From Candidatus Collierbacteria bacterium (GTDB taxonomy: Bacteria; Patescibacteriota; Microgenomatia; UBA1400; JACPES01): a stretch of DNA of 64,000 bases. Of the stretch, positions 34,923-44,580 are shown in pieces (the first letter of the stretch is position 1; each line of letters opens with the position of its first letter). The stretch is taken from NCBI GenBank assembly GCA_016183365.1, contig JACPES010000002.1, positions 12,779 through 76,778 on the forward strand, written 5' to 3'. Both the position numbers and the translations under genes were made by a program. The notes under the pieces are model-generated. The model saw nothing but the letters and a program-made list of their open reading frames with translations. It was not told where the DNA came from and made no database searches.

Positions 34923-35363
34923 TTAGAATTTTTGAATAATTCCCCTTGAAAAAACTGATTCAAAATCATCATCAAAACTGGCAAAATACTTGATATGGTT
35001 GACTTTCATGGTCAGTAAATGAAAGGCGTCGCGGCATTTTAATTTGAATTTTTTCATATAAGCCGGAATCCTCAACAAAGAAACCGGCTTGATTGGGGAA
35101 TTTACAATTTCCATCAACGGAATCCGAAAGACCCTTTTCAATATCCGGGAAATTTTTGCCTCCGGAGCAACGACGTGATTTAAATTTAAATCTCTCAAGA
35201 TAATATGAACCATTTCATTCAACACTAGAGGGGAAACGCAAATCGTCATTTTTTGCGTCATCGCCTTAACAACTATTTCAACAGCTGACTGGTGAAATTG
35301 ATGAAGTTCTTCAAAAAAAGCAATCAAGACATTGGAATCGAGGTAGCACTTATTATTCCCCAT
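34923..35363 (-). CDS. vapC: PIN-domain toxin (VapC-like)
   Basis: YLDSNVLIAF and downstream acidic residues. It overlaps the antitoxin ORF by a few codons. Confidence 0.65.
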   Translation of the reverse strand: MGNNKCYLDSNVLIAFFEELHQFHQSAVEIVVKAMTQKMTICVSPLVLNEMVHIILRDLNLNHVVAPEAKISRILKRVFRIPLMEIVNSPIKPVSLLRIPAYMKKFKLKCRDAFHLLTMKVNHIKYFASFDDDFESVFSRGIIQKF

Positions 35364-35628
35364 AAATGTCCCGATCGTAAATTTTATTCATTTGAGCAGG
35401 TGACAAATTTGAGCTGATTTTTATTCCGCCGGCTAACTTTTTAACTAAGCTCAAATTCCTGGCAGTCATTTTGGCTCCGGCATCGGCAGTTCTATCAATG
35501 GTAATTAAAATTCCATTTTTCACTTTCTTAACTTTAGTTCTAATCCCGCTGGCCACATTAAGTCTTGCCGGCAGGGTTATTACCGTACTGGTTCCCAGAG
35601 TAAAAGTCGAAGCCCGATAAATTTCCAT
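35353..35628 (-). CDS. vapB: AbrB/SpoVT-fold antitoxin (VapB-like)
   Basis: MEIYRASTFTLGTSTVITLPARL swapped-hairpin motif. The ORF could extend to 35649. Confidence 0.55.
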   Translation of the reverse strand: MEIYRASTFTLGTSTVITLPARLNVASGIRTKVKKVKNGILITIDRTADAGAKMTARNLSLVKKLAGGIKISSNLSPAQMNKIYDRDIYGE

Positions 35629-35720
35629 ATATACGATTATACTTGACAATATATATTTGTCAACGGTGGGAATGCTAAAGAGATTCCTGATAGAATTGTT
35701 AGGAGTTTCATCTATACATT

Positions 35721-36917
35721 ATGACTATCGATGATCTGAAGAAAAAAATCAAGAAGTTAGGGTTAGAGATTGACGGGGATAACGGCCGGGTGCTGATTGA
35801 GTGGAAGAAGGTTCCGTTTGTCGAGGCCGATCGGCCTTATTGGGCGGGGTTATCCTCAATAGACGGAGTCGGCCCGAATACTTTGCCGCTTCTGGTTTCG
35901 TGTTTTGGATCGGCTGAAAAGGTGTTGTCGGCGGATAAGCAATTATTGCAACAGGCGGGGTTGCCCGAGAGGGTTGCCGGAAGTATTATCGGATTTTCCG
36001 GCCGCAGAAATATTAGCCTTTGGTTTGATAAAGCTTTGCGCCCCGAACCCGATATTAATTTATCTTTTATGGTGCCTAAAGATGAGGAATTTCCGGAGAG
36101 GTTAATGACGATGACCGGAGCCCCAAGCCATTTGTGGGTTTGGGGTGATAAAAAAATACTAAATCAGAAGCGGATAGTGGCGGTGGTGGGCACCAGAAAA
36201 ATTACCCCATATGGCCGGAGGGTGACTGAAGATTTAGCCGAGGCGCTGGCGATCCGTGAAATGACGGTGGTTTCCGGCTTAATGTACGGAGTGGATGAAA
36301 CAGCTCAAAGAGCGGCGCTGAAAAATAGAGGGAAAGTAATCGGGGTTTGGGCCGGAGGGTTAACCCGGAAATCTTTTGGCAGCCGGTCCCGGTTGGCTTA
36401 CGAAATAGTTTCAAATAAAGGCGCGGTAGTCTCGGAATTTTCATTCGATAGATATCCGTTTAAAGGCACATTTCCTGCTCGGAATCGGATCGTTTCCGGG
36501 TTGGCCGCCGGAGTGGTGATTACTGAAGCGGCGGTAAAATCCGGCAGTTTAATTACCGCAGATTGCGCTTTGGATCAGGGAAAGCCGGTGGGAGCGGTTC
36601 CCGGGCCGATAACCAGCCGATTGTCGGAAGGCACCAACGAATTATTGAAAAACGGAGCCGCGCCTATCACCAATGTTGTCGATATTCTTGAGATGTGCGG
36701 TTTTACCTCTAAGGATCTTGGCGCGCCGATCAGTTATCTGTCCAAAAATGAAACAGAAAAACGGATTCTCGAGTTTCTGTCAGATCAAAATATGACGATT
36801 GATGATTTAGTCAGGATGTCATCAACGCCTATTTCTGAAGTTTCCGAAACTTTAACCTCATTGGAGTTGTCCGGAGCGGTCGGACAAGTAGGAGAAGAGT
36901 GGAGGAAAATATTCTAG
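35721..36917 (+). CDS. dprA: DNA-processing protein DprA (Smf)
   Basis: VVGTRKITPYGRRVTEDLAEALA ... VVSGLMYGVDETAQRAAL Rossmann-like DprA core. Confidence 0.85.
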   Translation: MTIDDLKKKIKKLGLEIDGDNGRVLIEWKKVPFVEADRPYWAGLSSIDGVGPNTLPLLVSCFGSAEKVLSADKQLLQQAGLPERVAGSIIGFSGRRNISLWFDKALRPEPDINLSFMVPKDEEFPERLMTMTGAPSHLWVWGDKKILNQKRIVAVVGTRKITPYGRRVTEDLAEALAIREMTVVSGLMYGVDETAQRAALKNRGKVIGVWAGGLTRKSFGSRSRLAYEIVSNKGAVVSEFSFDRYPFKGTFPARNRIVSGLAAGVVITEAAVKSGSLITADCALDQGKPVGAVPGPITSRLSEGTNELLKNGAAPITNVVDILEMCGFTSKDLGAPISYLSKNETEKRILEFLSDQNMTIDDLVRMSSTPISEVSETLTSLELSGAVGQVGEEWRKIF

Positions 36918-37050
36918 AGATCTTGAAGATGGAAAATGGACATTCTCGAGATTGAATTTTTGATGTTTTGAAATTTTGATCAAGATATCTAAGGCATCAA
37001 GATATCAAATTCAAGGGTATCAAGGATGTCTATCCTCAAGAAATCTATTA
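36915..37050. mobile_element. MITE-like repeat, family A, copy 5
   Basis: tagagatcttgaagatgg ... ttgatcaagatatc ... ctatcctcaagaaatctat. Confidence 0.65.
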
Positions 37051-37066
37051 TGTTATTCTTCACATT

Positions 37067-39139
37067 ATGAAACTCGTTCTCGTTGAGTCTCCCACCAAAG
37101 CCCGGACGCTAACTAAATTTTTAGGCGTAGATTTTAGAGTTGAAGCCACGATGGGCCATTTGCGGGATTTGCCTAAAAATAAAATCGGTTTTTCGGTTGA
37201 ATCCGAAGATGGCAAAACTAAATTTTTGCCCGAGTATGAGGTGGCGGCGGAGAAAAAATCCAAAGTTGGGGATTTAATAACGGCCGCCCGCGGGGTAGAA
37301 GGGATTATTTTGGCGACTGATCCTGATCGGGAGGGAGAGGCGATTGCCTGGCATGTTGCCGCCCTCTTGGACGGCGAAAAGACGAAGGAATTTTCCCGGG
37401 TGGTTTTTCATCAAATTACTAAGGACGCGATTCTGAAAGCAATGAAGCATCCGCGGAAATTGGATATGCATTTAGTTGACGCCCAACAGGCCAGAAGGGT
37501 TTTGGACAGGATGGTGGGCTATCAATTGTCGCCGTTATTGTGGAGAAAAATCCGTCGCGGACTATCGGCCGGCCGGGTCCAAAGCGTGGCAGTTAGGATG
37601 GTGGTAGAGCGGGAAAGAGAAATTGAAGTTTTTGTGCCGGTTGAATTTTGGGAAGTATTCGTAAAAGTACAAGAAAGTACAAGAAGGTACAAAAATGTAC
37701 AAGAAGGCGAATTTGTTGTGAAGTTGATTGAGGTTGATGGAAACAAGGGAGATTTATCGAAGAAAGAACAAGTTGATCCGATTGTTGATGATTTGGAAAA
37801 AGCTGAATACCAAGTTGAAAAAGTTGACAAAACCGAAGTCAAAAAACGTTCTCTGGCACCGTTTACCACCAGTACTTTACAGCAGGCGGCATCTAGGTTA
37901 TTCCGCTGGAGCGGCAAAAAAACCATGAATATCGCTCAAAGATTATATGAGCATGGTTTTATCACATATCACCGTACCGATTCGACTAATTTGGCTAAAG
38001 AAGCGGTGGAGATCGTCCGTCAATTAATTATTGCCAAATTCGGCCTGGAATATTTGCCGCCCGAATCAAGAATTTTTAAAACCAAAAACACTTTGGCCCA
38101 AGAAGCCCATGAGGCCATCAGGCCGACCAATCCTGACGATTTTTATACTCCTCATAAATTGGAACAGGAAGTCGGGTTTATCGCCAAAGACGCCTTTCGC
38201 CTTTATCAATTGATATGGAAAAAATTTGTCGCCAGTCAAATGGCCGATCAGGTTTATGACCAAACTACTATTAAAGTTATAGCTCAAGGAGTCAAAAAAT
38301 ATGGCCTGAAGGCGGTGGGAATGGTGGAAAAGTTTGAGGGATGGAAGAAGTTATACCAGTCGTCAGTTTTCGGTAATCGGTTGTCGGTTATGGGCCAGTC
38401 GGTCAATCGGTTAACCGGTCAACTGACAACCGATCAACAATTACCCCAAGTCTCCGTCGGCGATTCACTCCAACTTATTAAAATAGACCCGCAACAAAAT
38501 TTTACCCAACCCCCTGGCCGGTTTACCGAGGCGATGTTAATTAAATTATTGGAAGAAAAGGGAATCGGCCGGCCATCAACTTACGCTCCGATTGTCAGTA
38601 CGATTCAAGACAGGGGGTATGTGGAAAAAATGGAAGGAAGATTTCATCCTCTGCCGGTGGGGTTGGTGGTAAATGATTTTTTGGTGGAACATTTTCCGGC
38701 GATTGTGGATTATGATTTTACTAAAAATTTGGAGGAGGATTTCGATAAAATAGCCGAAAATAAAAGAGGCTGGAATGATGTTTTGGGAGAGTTTTATTAT
38801 CCGTTTACGGAAAGATTGAAAAAGGTTGAAACAGACGCGGAACGCAAAAAAATTCCGGCAGTGGAAACCGGAGAAGCTTGTCTGAAATGCGGCGAAGGTC
38901 GGCAGGTAATCAGAACCGGAAAATTCGGAAAGTTTTTATCCTGCTCGCGGTTTCCGAAATGTGATTGGAAAAATAAATACGTGGAAAAATCCGGAGTTAA
39001 ATGCCCGTTATGCCATAACGGCGACGTAATAGTCAAGAAAACAAAAAAGGGCCGCCATTTTTTCGGCTGCTCCAATTATCCCGATTGTAAATTCGCCAGC
39101 TGGCGAAAGCCGGATGGAAAGGCCGGAAGTGAGAAATGA
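37067..39139 (+). CDS. topA: DNA topoisomerase I
   Basis: MKLVLVESPTKARTL ... TOPRIM ... YHRTDS active-site region ... C-terminal CxxC zinc ribbons. Confidence 0.9.
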   Translation: MKLVLVESPTKARTLTKFLGVDFRVEATMGHLRDLPKNKIGFSVESEDGKTKFLPEYEVAAEKKSKVGDLITAARGVEGIILATDPDREGEAIAWHVAALLDGEKTKEFSRVVFHQITKDAILKAMKHPRKLDMHLVDAQQARRVLDRMVGYQLSPLLWRKIRRGLSAGRVQSVAVRMVVEREREIEVFVPVEFWEVFVKVQESTRRYKNVQEGEFVVKLIEVDGNKGDLSKKEQVDPIVDDLEKAEYQVEKVDKTEVKKRSLAPFTTSTLQQAASRLFRWSGKKTMNIAQRLYEHGFITYHRTDSTNLAKEAVEIVRQLIIAKFGLEYLPPESRIFKTKNTLAQEAHEAIRPTNPDDFYTPHKLEQEVGFIAKDAFRLYQLIWKKFVASQMADQVYDQTTIKVIAQGVKKYGLKAVGMVEKFEGWKKLYQSSVFGNRLSVMGQSVNRLTGQLTTDQQLPQVSVGDSLQLIKIDPQQNFTQPPGRFTEAMLIKLLEEKGIGRPSTYAPIVSTIQDRGYVEKMEGRFHPLPVGLVVNDFLVEHFPAIVDYDFTKNLEEDFDKIAENKRGWNDVLGEFYYPFTERLKKVETDAERKKIPAVETGEACLKCGEGRQVIRTGKFGKFLSCSRFPKCDWKNKYVEKSGVKCPLCHNGDVIVKKTKKGRHFFGCSNYPDCKFASWRKPDGKAGSEK

Positions 39140-39232
39140 GAAATGTGAAGCTGGATAATGAAACGGAATATTTTGAAGTGAGATTTAGATAATCAAACCT
39201 CACATTTCGCACTTCGCATTTCTTATTTTTAG
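39112..39232 (+). terminator. rho-independent terminator after topA
   Basis: gaaatgagaaatgtgaagc ... cctcacatttcgcacttcgcatttcttattttt is a long hairpin followed by a T tract. Confidence 0.5.
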
Positions 39233-39235
39233 TAT

Positions 39236-39961
39236 ATGTTTAAGCGTTTATTTGGAGGACACCGGAACAAAGTTTACAAAACTAACGGATTTGTGAAGGT
39301 CATATGGAAAGATGGTTTTAGAAGACAAAACCAAATCCGCGAGGGGGTTAGCTTAGAAAATTTTGTGGCGACTCATATAGATATTAAAGCCCGGATGTTA
39401 GTTGACAAGTCTAAGCCGGTTGAAGAAGAAGACGGGGGATTGGTAACCTATTTTCATTACGCCGAAGGCGAGATCCGCTATCCATGGAATTTGGATGAAA
39501 TTGCTTCGGCGGCGAAATTGCTTACTAGGTTTCATCAGCATTTAAAGGCCTGGCCTTCGCCGCGGGGGCCAGGCCTTATCAGACAACTCCATCTGGATTT
39601 TGCCCGCGGCAACGTACTATTTCAGCCCGGATCCTCGAACGCTATCGGCGTCATCGACTTCGAAACCACAGCCATTGGTCCGGTTGAACAAGATCTCGGC
39701 CGCACCCTAAGCTTTATTTTAGTTGATTCGCCCATTAATTTAAATAGGGAAGATCCTTTAAGGAGTATCCTTCAAGGATCTTCCTTTTTTGAGAGATGGA
39801 ACACCTTATTGACAAATTACTCTCTGACATTTAGAAAAGACAAGGTGATAAACTGGACCTTGCGGTACTTGACCGACGAAGACTACGGGAGTTTAAACTA
39901 CATAAGAGATAAAGCAATTTCATGGCTGCATGACAGTGTTGTTAACAATTTAACAATTTAG
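39236..39961 (+). CDS. phosphotransferase (APH/choline-kinase-like) family protein
   Basis: HLDFARGNVLF ... GVIDFETTAIGPVEQDL is the Brenner kinase motif. Contains the ggagtatccttcaaggatc repeat in frame. Confidence 0.45.
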   Translation: MFKRLFGGHRNKVYKTNGFVKVIWKDGFRRQNQIREGVSLENFVATHIDIKARMLVDKSKPVEEEDGGLVTYFHYAEGEIRYPWNLDEIASAAKLLTRFHQHLKAWPSPRGPGLIRQLHLDFARGNVLFQPGSSNAIGVIDFETTAIGPVEQDLGRTLSFILVDSPINLNREDPLRSILQGSSFFERWNTLLTNYSLTFRKDKVINWTLRYLTDEDYGSLNYIRDKAISWLHDSVVNNLTI

Positions 39962-39979
39962 CAATTTAACAATTGATTT

Positions 39980-40546
39980 ATGCCAAACCATTTTCAAGAA
40001 AAAATCGCCGATAAAATCGTTAAATTTGACGATCTTTCCGCTCTAGCCAAAAAACTTCGCCCCAAGAGAGTCGTTTTTACCGCCGGCGGGTTTGATTTGA
40101 TTCACGTCGGCCACACCCGGTATTTGGCTGAATCTAAGGCCAAGGGCGATATTTTGGTAGTCGGCGTTTCCAGCAACGCCGAGATTAAATTACTCAAAGG
40201 CCACGACCGGCCAATTGTGGATGAATCCGCCCGGGTGGAAATGATCGCCTCGCTGATGGTAGTTGATTTTGTGTTTATCATGCCGCCGCTAAACGCCGTA
40301 GTTTCATCAATTGTCACGCTGTGCCCCAAGGTGTTGGTCGTCCCCGACGACGACTGGAATACCGGGTACAAAGATAGTCCCGAGGCTTTAGCTATGGACA
40401 AATGCGGCGGAGAAGTGGTGATGATTCCTCGTCAAGGGCCGTACATCAGTTCTTCCGGGATGATCGAAAAAGCCGCGGCGGTGATGATCAGGACTAATTT
40501 CCAGAGATTTTTTACTCCGGAGATGATGAAGGAGCTTAAAGGGTAA
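39980..40546 (+). CDS. cytidylyltransferase-like nucleotidyltransferase (RfaE domain II / TagD-like)
   Basis: VVFTAGGFDLIHVGHTRYLAESKAKGDILVVGVSSN carries an HxGH-type motif. Confidence 0.65.
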   Translation: MPNHFQEKIADKIVKFDDLSALAKKLRPKRVVFTAGGFDLIHVGHTRYLAESKAKGDILVVGVSSNAEIKLLKGHDRPIVDESARVEMIASLMVVDFVFIMPPLNAVVSSIVTLCPKVLVVPDDDWNTGYKDSPEALAMDKCGGEVVMIPRQGPYISSSGMIEKAAAVMIRTNFQRFFTPEMMKELKG

Positions 40547-40555
40547 TAAAAATCC

Positions 40556-40621
40556 ATGTCATTCCCGCGAAAGCGGGAATCTATTTAAATAGATTCTGGA
40601 TCAAGTCCGGAATGACAGTGA
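40556..40621. repeat. palindromic repeat, family C, best-preserved copy
   Basis: atgtcattcccgcgaaagcgggaatctatttaaatagattctggatcaagtccggaatgacagtg. Confidence 0.6.
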
Positions 40622-40625
40622 AATT

Positions 40626-41087
40626 ATGAAATCTGAAATTGTTAAAGATCCTCGCACCGCTCGTACAAGCACCGACTACTGGTATGAAGAAGCGTGGAAA
40701 AATGCAGGTAAATGCGTCTTTTGCGACCTGAAGGATAAATATATTATTGCTGAAAAAGATAATGTTGTTCTCACGGTTAATCTATACCAATATCTTGACG
40801 GTCATCTGATGGTTATTCCCCGCCGTCATATCGAAAGTCTGGCGGAAACTAATCAAACAGAATGGCAAGCAATATTTTATTTATTGAATTTAGGAGTGAA
40901 AAGGCTTCATGACCAATTAAAGATTAATGATATATATATTTTAGACAGGCCGTTGTCAGGTTTTAAAACGGGTAAAACTGTGGCTCATAGCCATTTTCAT
41001 ATCATTCCTTATAAACCGGAATTGGTGAGTTGGCACTATCAGGAAGTGACTATCCATCCGGAAGATTTGGCGAGAAAATTACGATAA
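40626..41087 (+). CDS. HIT-family (histidine triad) protein
   Basis: VAHSHFHIIP is an HxHxHxx motif. Confidence 0.7.
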   Translation: MKSEIVKDPRTARTSTDYWYEEAWKNAGKCVFCDLKDKYIIAEKDNVVLTVNLYQYLDGHLMVIPRRHIESLAETNQTEWQAIFYLLNLGVKRLHDQLKINDIYILDRPLSGFKTGKTVAHSHFHIIPYKPELVSWHYQEVTIHPEDLARKLR

Positions 41088-41158
41088 ACAATGTTAATAA
41101 AAGTCTACGATCGTAAGAAAGTATTAACATTTGTTTTGTTGTGAAGTTAGTTTAGAAT

Positions 41159-41668
41159 ATGACAGATATTGAATTAATGCGCCGGGCGGCCGAAATTGCC
41201 GGAAATACCAAATGCTGGATCGGAATCGGATGCGTGATTGCTAAAGACGGACAGATTATTTCAGAGGCTTGGAATGAAACGTTGAAAGGGGAGGAATACT
41301 GTCTGAAATTTCGAAATCGTGAAGTCAAAAAAGGCCCGCTCCCGCTCGGCGAGGCCGGGCCTTATCAAAACAGAGGCTGCGTTCGCCATGATCTAGGACT
41401 TTCACAAGGAAAAGAAATCGAAAAAGCTTGTTCCGTCCATGCCGAAGTTAACGTTATCTCCAAAGCCGCTCGGCAGGGTATTAAAGTCGAAGGCGCCACA
41501 ATGTTTGTAACTAGTTTTCCCTGTTTAATTTGCATGCGTTCCATTATCCCCGCCGGGATAAAAAAAGTAATATATATGAATGATTTTTATAAGCCGCACC
41601 ATTTAGAATTATTTAAAAAAAACAGAGTTGAAGTTAAACAAATTCCTGAAAATATAGTTTGGAAATAG
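41159..41668 (+). CDS. dCMP / deoxycytidylate deaminase
   Basis: CSVHAEVNVI ... SFPCLICMRSI are the zinc-binding HAE and PCxxC motifs. Confidence 0.8.
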   Translation: MTDIELMRRAAEIAGNTKCWIGIGCVIAKDGQIISEAWNETLKGEEYCLKFRNREVKKGPLPLGEAGPYQNRGCVRHDLGLSQGKEIEKACSVHAEVNVISKAARQGIKVEGATMFVTSFPCLICMRSIIPAGIKKVIYMNDFYKPHHLELFKKNRVEVKQIPENIVWK

Positions 41669-41671
41669 ATT

Positions 41672-41750
41672 TTGTTATTTTGTTATCTTGTTATCTTGTT
41701 ACGAATCAAGATAGCAAGCTAGCAAGATAGCAAGCTAGCGATTATTCTTG
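41672..41750. repeat. long palindromic hairpin between the dCMP deaminase and thyA-like genes
   Basis: ttgttatcttgttatcttgttacgaatcaagatagcaagctagcaagatagcaa. Confidence 0.5.
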
Positions 41751-43325
41751 AACTGGCCAAAGTATTTTAAAGATCGCCTCATCGTCGGCAACCCCGACTC
41801 CGACTCTGCCATTGCCACTCTGTGGACGCCAATGAACGTGGTGGCGAAAATGGCGGATGCTTCAAAAATATCGATCATCGGCCAACTGTATACTAAAAGG
41901 GGAATAAATTATTTGTTAAGGAATATTTTTCTAAACCCGAGGATCAAACGAATTCTTTTGACAGGAGCAGACTTGATGGGAAGCGGCGAGACATTGTTAA
42001 ATATGGCCTCAAAAGGTGTAACCTTGCATGGCAAAGTTACACCTTATCAGATGGATTGGCTGGATGAAAATATTTCTATTGATGGGATGAAAACCTTTAT
42101 TAATAATGTCGAAATCGTAGATCAAATCGGGACAGTTTCGCCGGAGAAAGTATCCGTTTTCGTCGATGAAAGTAGCATTGGGAAAAAATGGTCAAAACCG
42201 ATTGAATTTCCCGAACCGGAAGCGAGCGGGAGCGGGGGATTGCCGAGCGAGGAAACTGTCTTTACGGTCCGGGGCCAAAAAGTTTGGCAAACTTGGATCA
42301 GATTGTTGCGGGAAGTAACGCGGTTTGGGCGGCCCAGCCCAATGATCCATCATTACGGAGCCGAGAGAATTTCTGAAATATTTAATCTGACGGCTGTAGT
42401 TTATAACGAGAATTCTGACATTCCTGATTTGCCGATGTGGCTGCCTTATACTAATGACGACATTAAAAAATATGCGGCCGGATTTTTATCGGCTTCACGA
42501 GGCGATGAAGCTTATACTTACGGTGAACGGATTAAGGCGTATCCGTTAGAACTTTATCAAAAGGAATGGTTAAATGATTCGAATCATTTAACCACCTCTG
42601 ACAGTAAAGGGTTTGTCCGATCGTTAACAAAAACGATAACGGATAAGGGGCTAAATCAACAGGAATTGCTTGCTAAAAAACTCAAGAGCTTTCCGGAAAA
42701 TAAGGGCGCGATTGCAATTCTATGGGAGCCGATTATAGATAATTTTGGATTGAGGGAGATTTGGCGGACGCCGTGCTTGGTTTTAGTCCAGGCCGTAATC
42801 CGCGACAAGAAATTATTTTTAACGGCCTATTTCCGCAGCAACGATATGTACGGAGGCTGGTTTCTGAACGCCTTTGGATTGTTGGCATTTCAAAAAGAAC
42901 TGGCCGGAATGATAGGTCCTGATATTAAGTCAGGGCCGTTAACAACTATTTCTCATTCAGCCCATATTTACGAATCCAGTTGGCAGTTGGCGGAGAAATT
43001 AATCCACGATCATTGGATTGACGTGTCTTGCGAATGGGATCCGAGAGGAAACCTTAATGTCGAAACCGACGGCAAGTTTATTGTCGTCAAACATCTATCT
43101 CCGGACGGGATCTTTCTGGATGAATGCCGCCAAAACGGGATGGATGAAAAGGCCGCCAAAAGATTATGTTTTACGCTGGAATCGGCCGGATTATTTTCTA
43201 CCATCGGAAACGCCATGTATGCCGCCCGTCAAATCGAACGGGCCGAAACGGCGATAAAGTTGGGAATAAAATTTACTTCAGACGAATCCTTGGAACTTGG
43301 TAAATCCAAAAAGGTTACACCTTAA
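41748..43325 (+). CDS. thymidylate synthase-like protein (ThyA-family C-terminal domain) with a long N-terminal extension
   Basis: WRTPCLVLVQAVIRDKKLFLTAYFRSNDMYGGWFLNAFGLLAFQKELAGMIG resembles the ThyA catalytic Cys / RSxD region. 525 aa. Confidence 0.5.
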   Translation: MNWPKYFKDRLIVGNPDSDSAIATLWTPMNVVAKMADASKISIIGQLYTKRGINYLLRNIFLNPRIKRILLTGADLMGSGETLLNMASKGVTLHGKVTPYQMDWLDENISIDGMKTFINNVEIVDQIGTVSPEKVSVFVDESSIGKKWSKPIEFPEPEASGSGGLPSEETVFTVRGQKVWQTWIRLLREVTRFGRPSPMIHHYGAERISEIFNLTAVVYNENSDIPDLPMWLPYTNDDIKKYAAGFLSASRGDEAYTYGERIKAYPLELYQKEWLNDSNHLTTSDSKGFVRSLTKTITDKGLNQQELLAKKLKSFPENKGAIAILWEPIIDNFGLREIWRTPCLVLVQAVIRDKKLFLTAYFRSNDMYGGWFLNAFGLLAFQKELAGMIGPDIKSGPLTTISHSAHIYESSWQLAEKLIHDHWIDVSCEWDPRGNLNVETDGKFIVVKHLSPDGIFLDECRQNGMDEKAAKRLCFTLESAGLFSTIGNAMYAARQIERAETAIKLGIKFTSDESLELGKSKKVTP

Positions 43326-43341
43326 AAGATGTAACCTTTTT

Positions 43342-44004
43342 ATGACAATGAAAATTCCGGATTGGATATCAACAATCAAATTTTTGTGTTTTGACCTTGA
43401 TGGAACGCTGTTTCAAAACGTCGAAACAGCTTGGAATGCGATTCAGGAGCAAATTTATAAAACCGTAATGAGGCAGAGGAATTTATCTTTAACCGAATCT
43501 GAAAATTACGTCCGCCAAAGGTATGAAGCCTTGGGGAGTTCCACCAAAGTTTTGAATGAGTTAGGGGTAGACGGTGAAGAGTTTTTTGTCAAGGCTTTCA
43601 AAAAGATAGAACTAAATAAGTTAGTTTCTAAAGATGAGAAAATCGCGCGTTTGATATCAAATCTTAAGAAAAAATATAAAATCGGAATGATCAGTAATAC
43701 CCATCGGTCTATCGCCAAGAAAAAACTAAAGGCGATAGGATTGTCGTTGAAAACATTCAATCCGCTAATTACGACTTATGAATTAAATACTTATAAGCCG
43801 GATCCAGGGCCATTTTTAAAAGCATTGGAAATGGTCGGAATGTCTCCCGAAAAATCCGTGTATATTGGCGACAGCGTTGAAAATGATATTCTTGGGGCTA
43901 AGGGGGTGGGGATGAGGACGATTTTGGTGTGGAGCAAAAGTCCGGAAGCTGACTTGTCATTGCCAACAATCTATGACCTAAAAAAGATATTCTTAAGTCA
44001 ATAA
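43342..44004 (+). CDS. HAD-superfamily hydrolase (subfamily IA)
   Basis: LCFDLDGTLF (motif I) ... ISNT ... YIGDSVENDILGAKGVGM. The ORF could start at 43297, which would overlap the upstream gene. Confidence 0.7.
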   Translation: MTMKIPDWISTIKFLCFDLDGTLFQNVETAWNAIQEQIYKTVMRQRNLSLTESENYVRQRYEALGSSTKVLNELGVDGEEFFVKAFKKIELNKLVSKDEKIARLISNLKKKYKIGMISNTHRSIAKKKLKAIGLSLKTFNPLITTYELNTYKPDPGPFLKALEMVGMSPEKSVYIGDSVENDILGAKGVGMRTILVWSKSPEADLSLPTIYDLKKIFLSQ

Positions 44005-44024
44005 AGGCCTGGCCTTATAACAAC

Positions 44025-44234
44025 ATGACAATCACGATTTGCGGTTCCATCAAATTCATGAATGAAATGATTTCTGCTCAAAAGATGCTGAAAAAGGCTG
44101 GCCATAAAATATTTATGTCGGTCAAGGCCCCCGGGGTTGACTATTTTGTTTTGCCCACTACCGTCGCAAAAAAATTTATTTCCTCAAACTGCAATAGACC
44201 TTTGGATTATTTGACTGAGGACTTTTTAAGGTAG
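44025..44234 (+). CDS. small hypothetical protein
   Basis: 69-aa ORF. Confidence 0.2.
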   Translation: MTITICGSIKFMNEMISAQKMLKKAGHKIFMSVKAPGVDYFVLPTTVAKKFISSNCNRPLDYLTEDFLR

Positions 44235-44314
44235 AAAACATAACATCGCCAAACGCCACAAACATCGTCAGTTTGCCGCCTACAAATCTTATCTTGACGA
44301 AGTCCGTCTCAACA

Positions 44315-44578
44315 TTACCCCAACATCGCGGTGGAAATTCTCTCGATAAAAGTTGCCACCGCCTCTTTGCTGTAAGCGATTTCCAGTGCGGTTAAATGTG
44401 AAGTTAACCAGTCGTGTTGGGCTTTCAGGTCTTGAGGGTCAAATAATCTTAAATGCCCCCCCAGTTTTTTCGCCGCCAGATAAGAGTCTTCAACTCTAGC
44501 CGCAGGAATTTCGGCGTATGATTCAAGGTATCCCGCGCCGATCGTACTTTCACCGGCGGCAGAGTCGTTGAGTCCCAT
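44315..44578 (-). CDS. hypothetical protein
   Basis: 87-aa ORF starting 2 nt after the ndk-like stop. Confidence 0.3.
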   Translation of the reverse strand: MGLNDSAAGESTIGAGYLESYAEIPAARVEDSYLAAKKLGGHLRLFDPQDLKAQHDWLTSHLTALEIAYSKEAVATFIERISTAMLG

Positions 44579-44580
44579 AA

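Noticed and set aside
37060-38287. Small ORFs antisense to topA (37060-37263, 37274-37471, 37522-37926, 38066-38287)
   Set aside because: They lie inside the topA coding region on the opposite strand.
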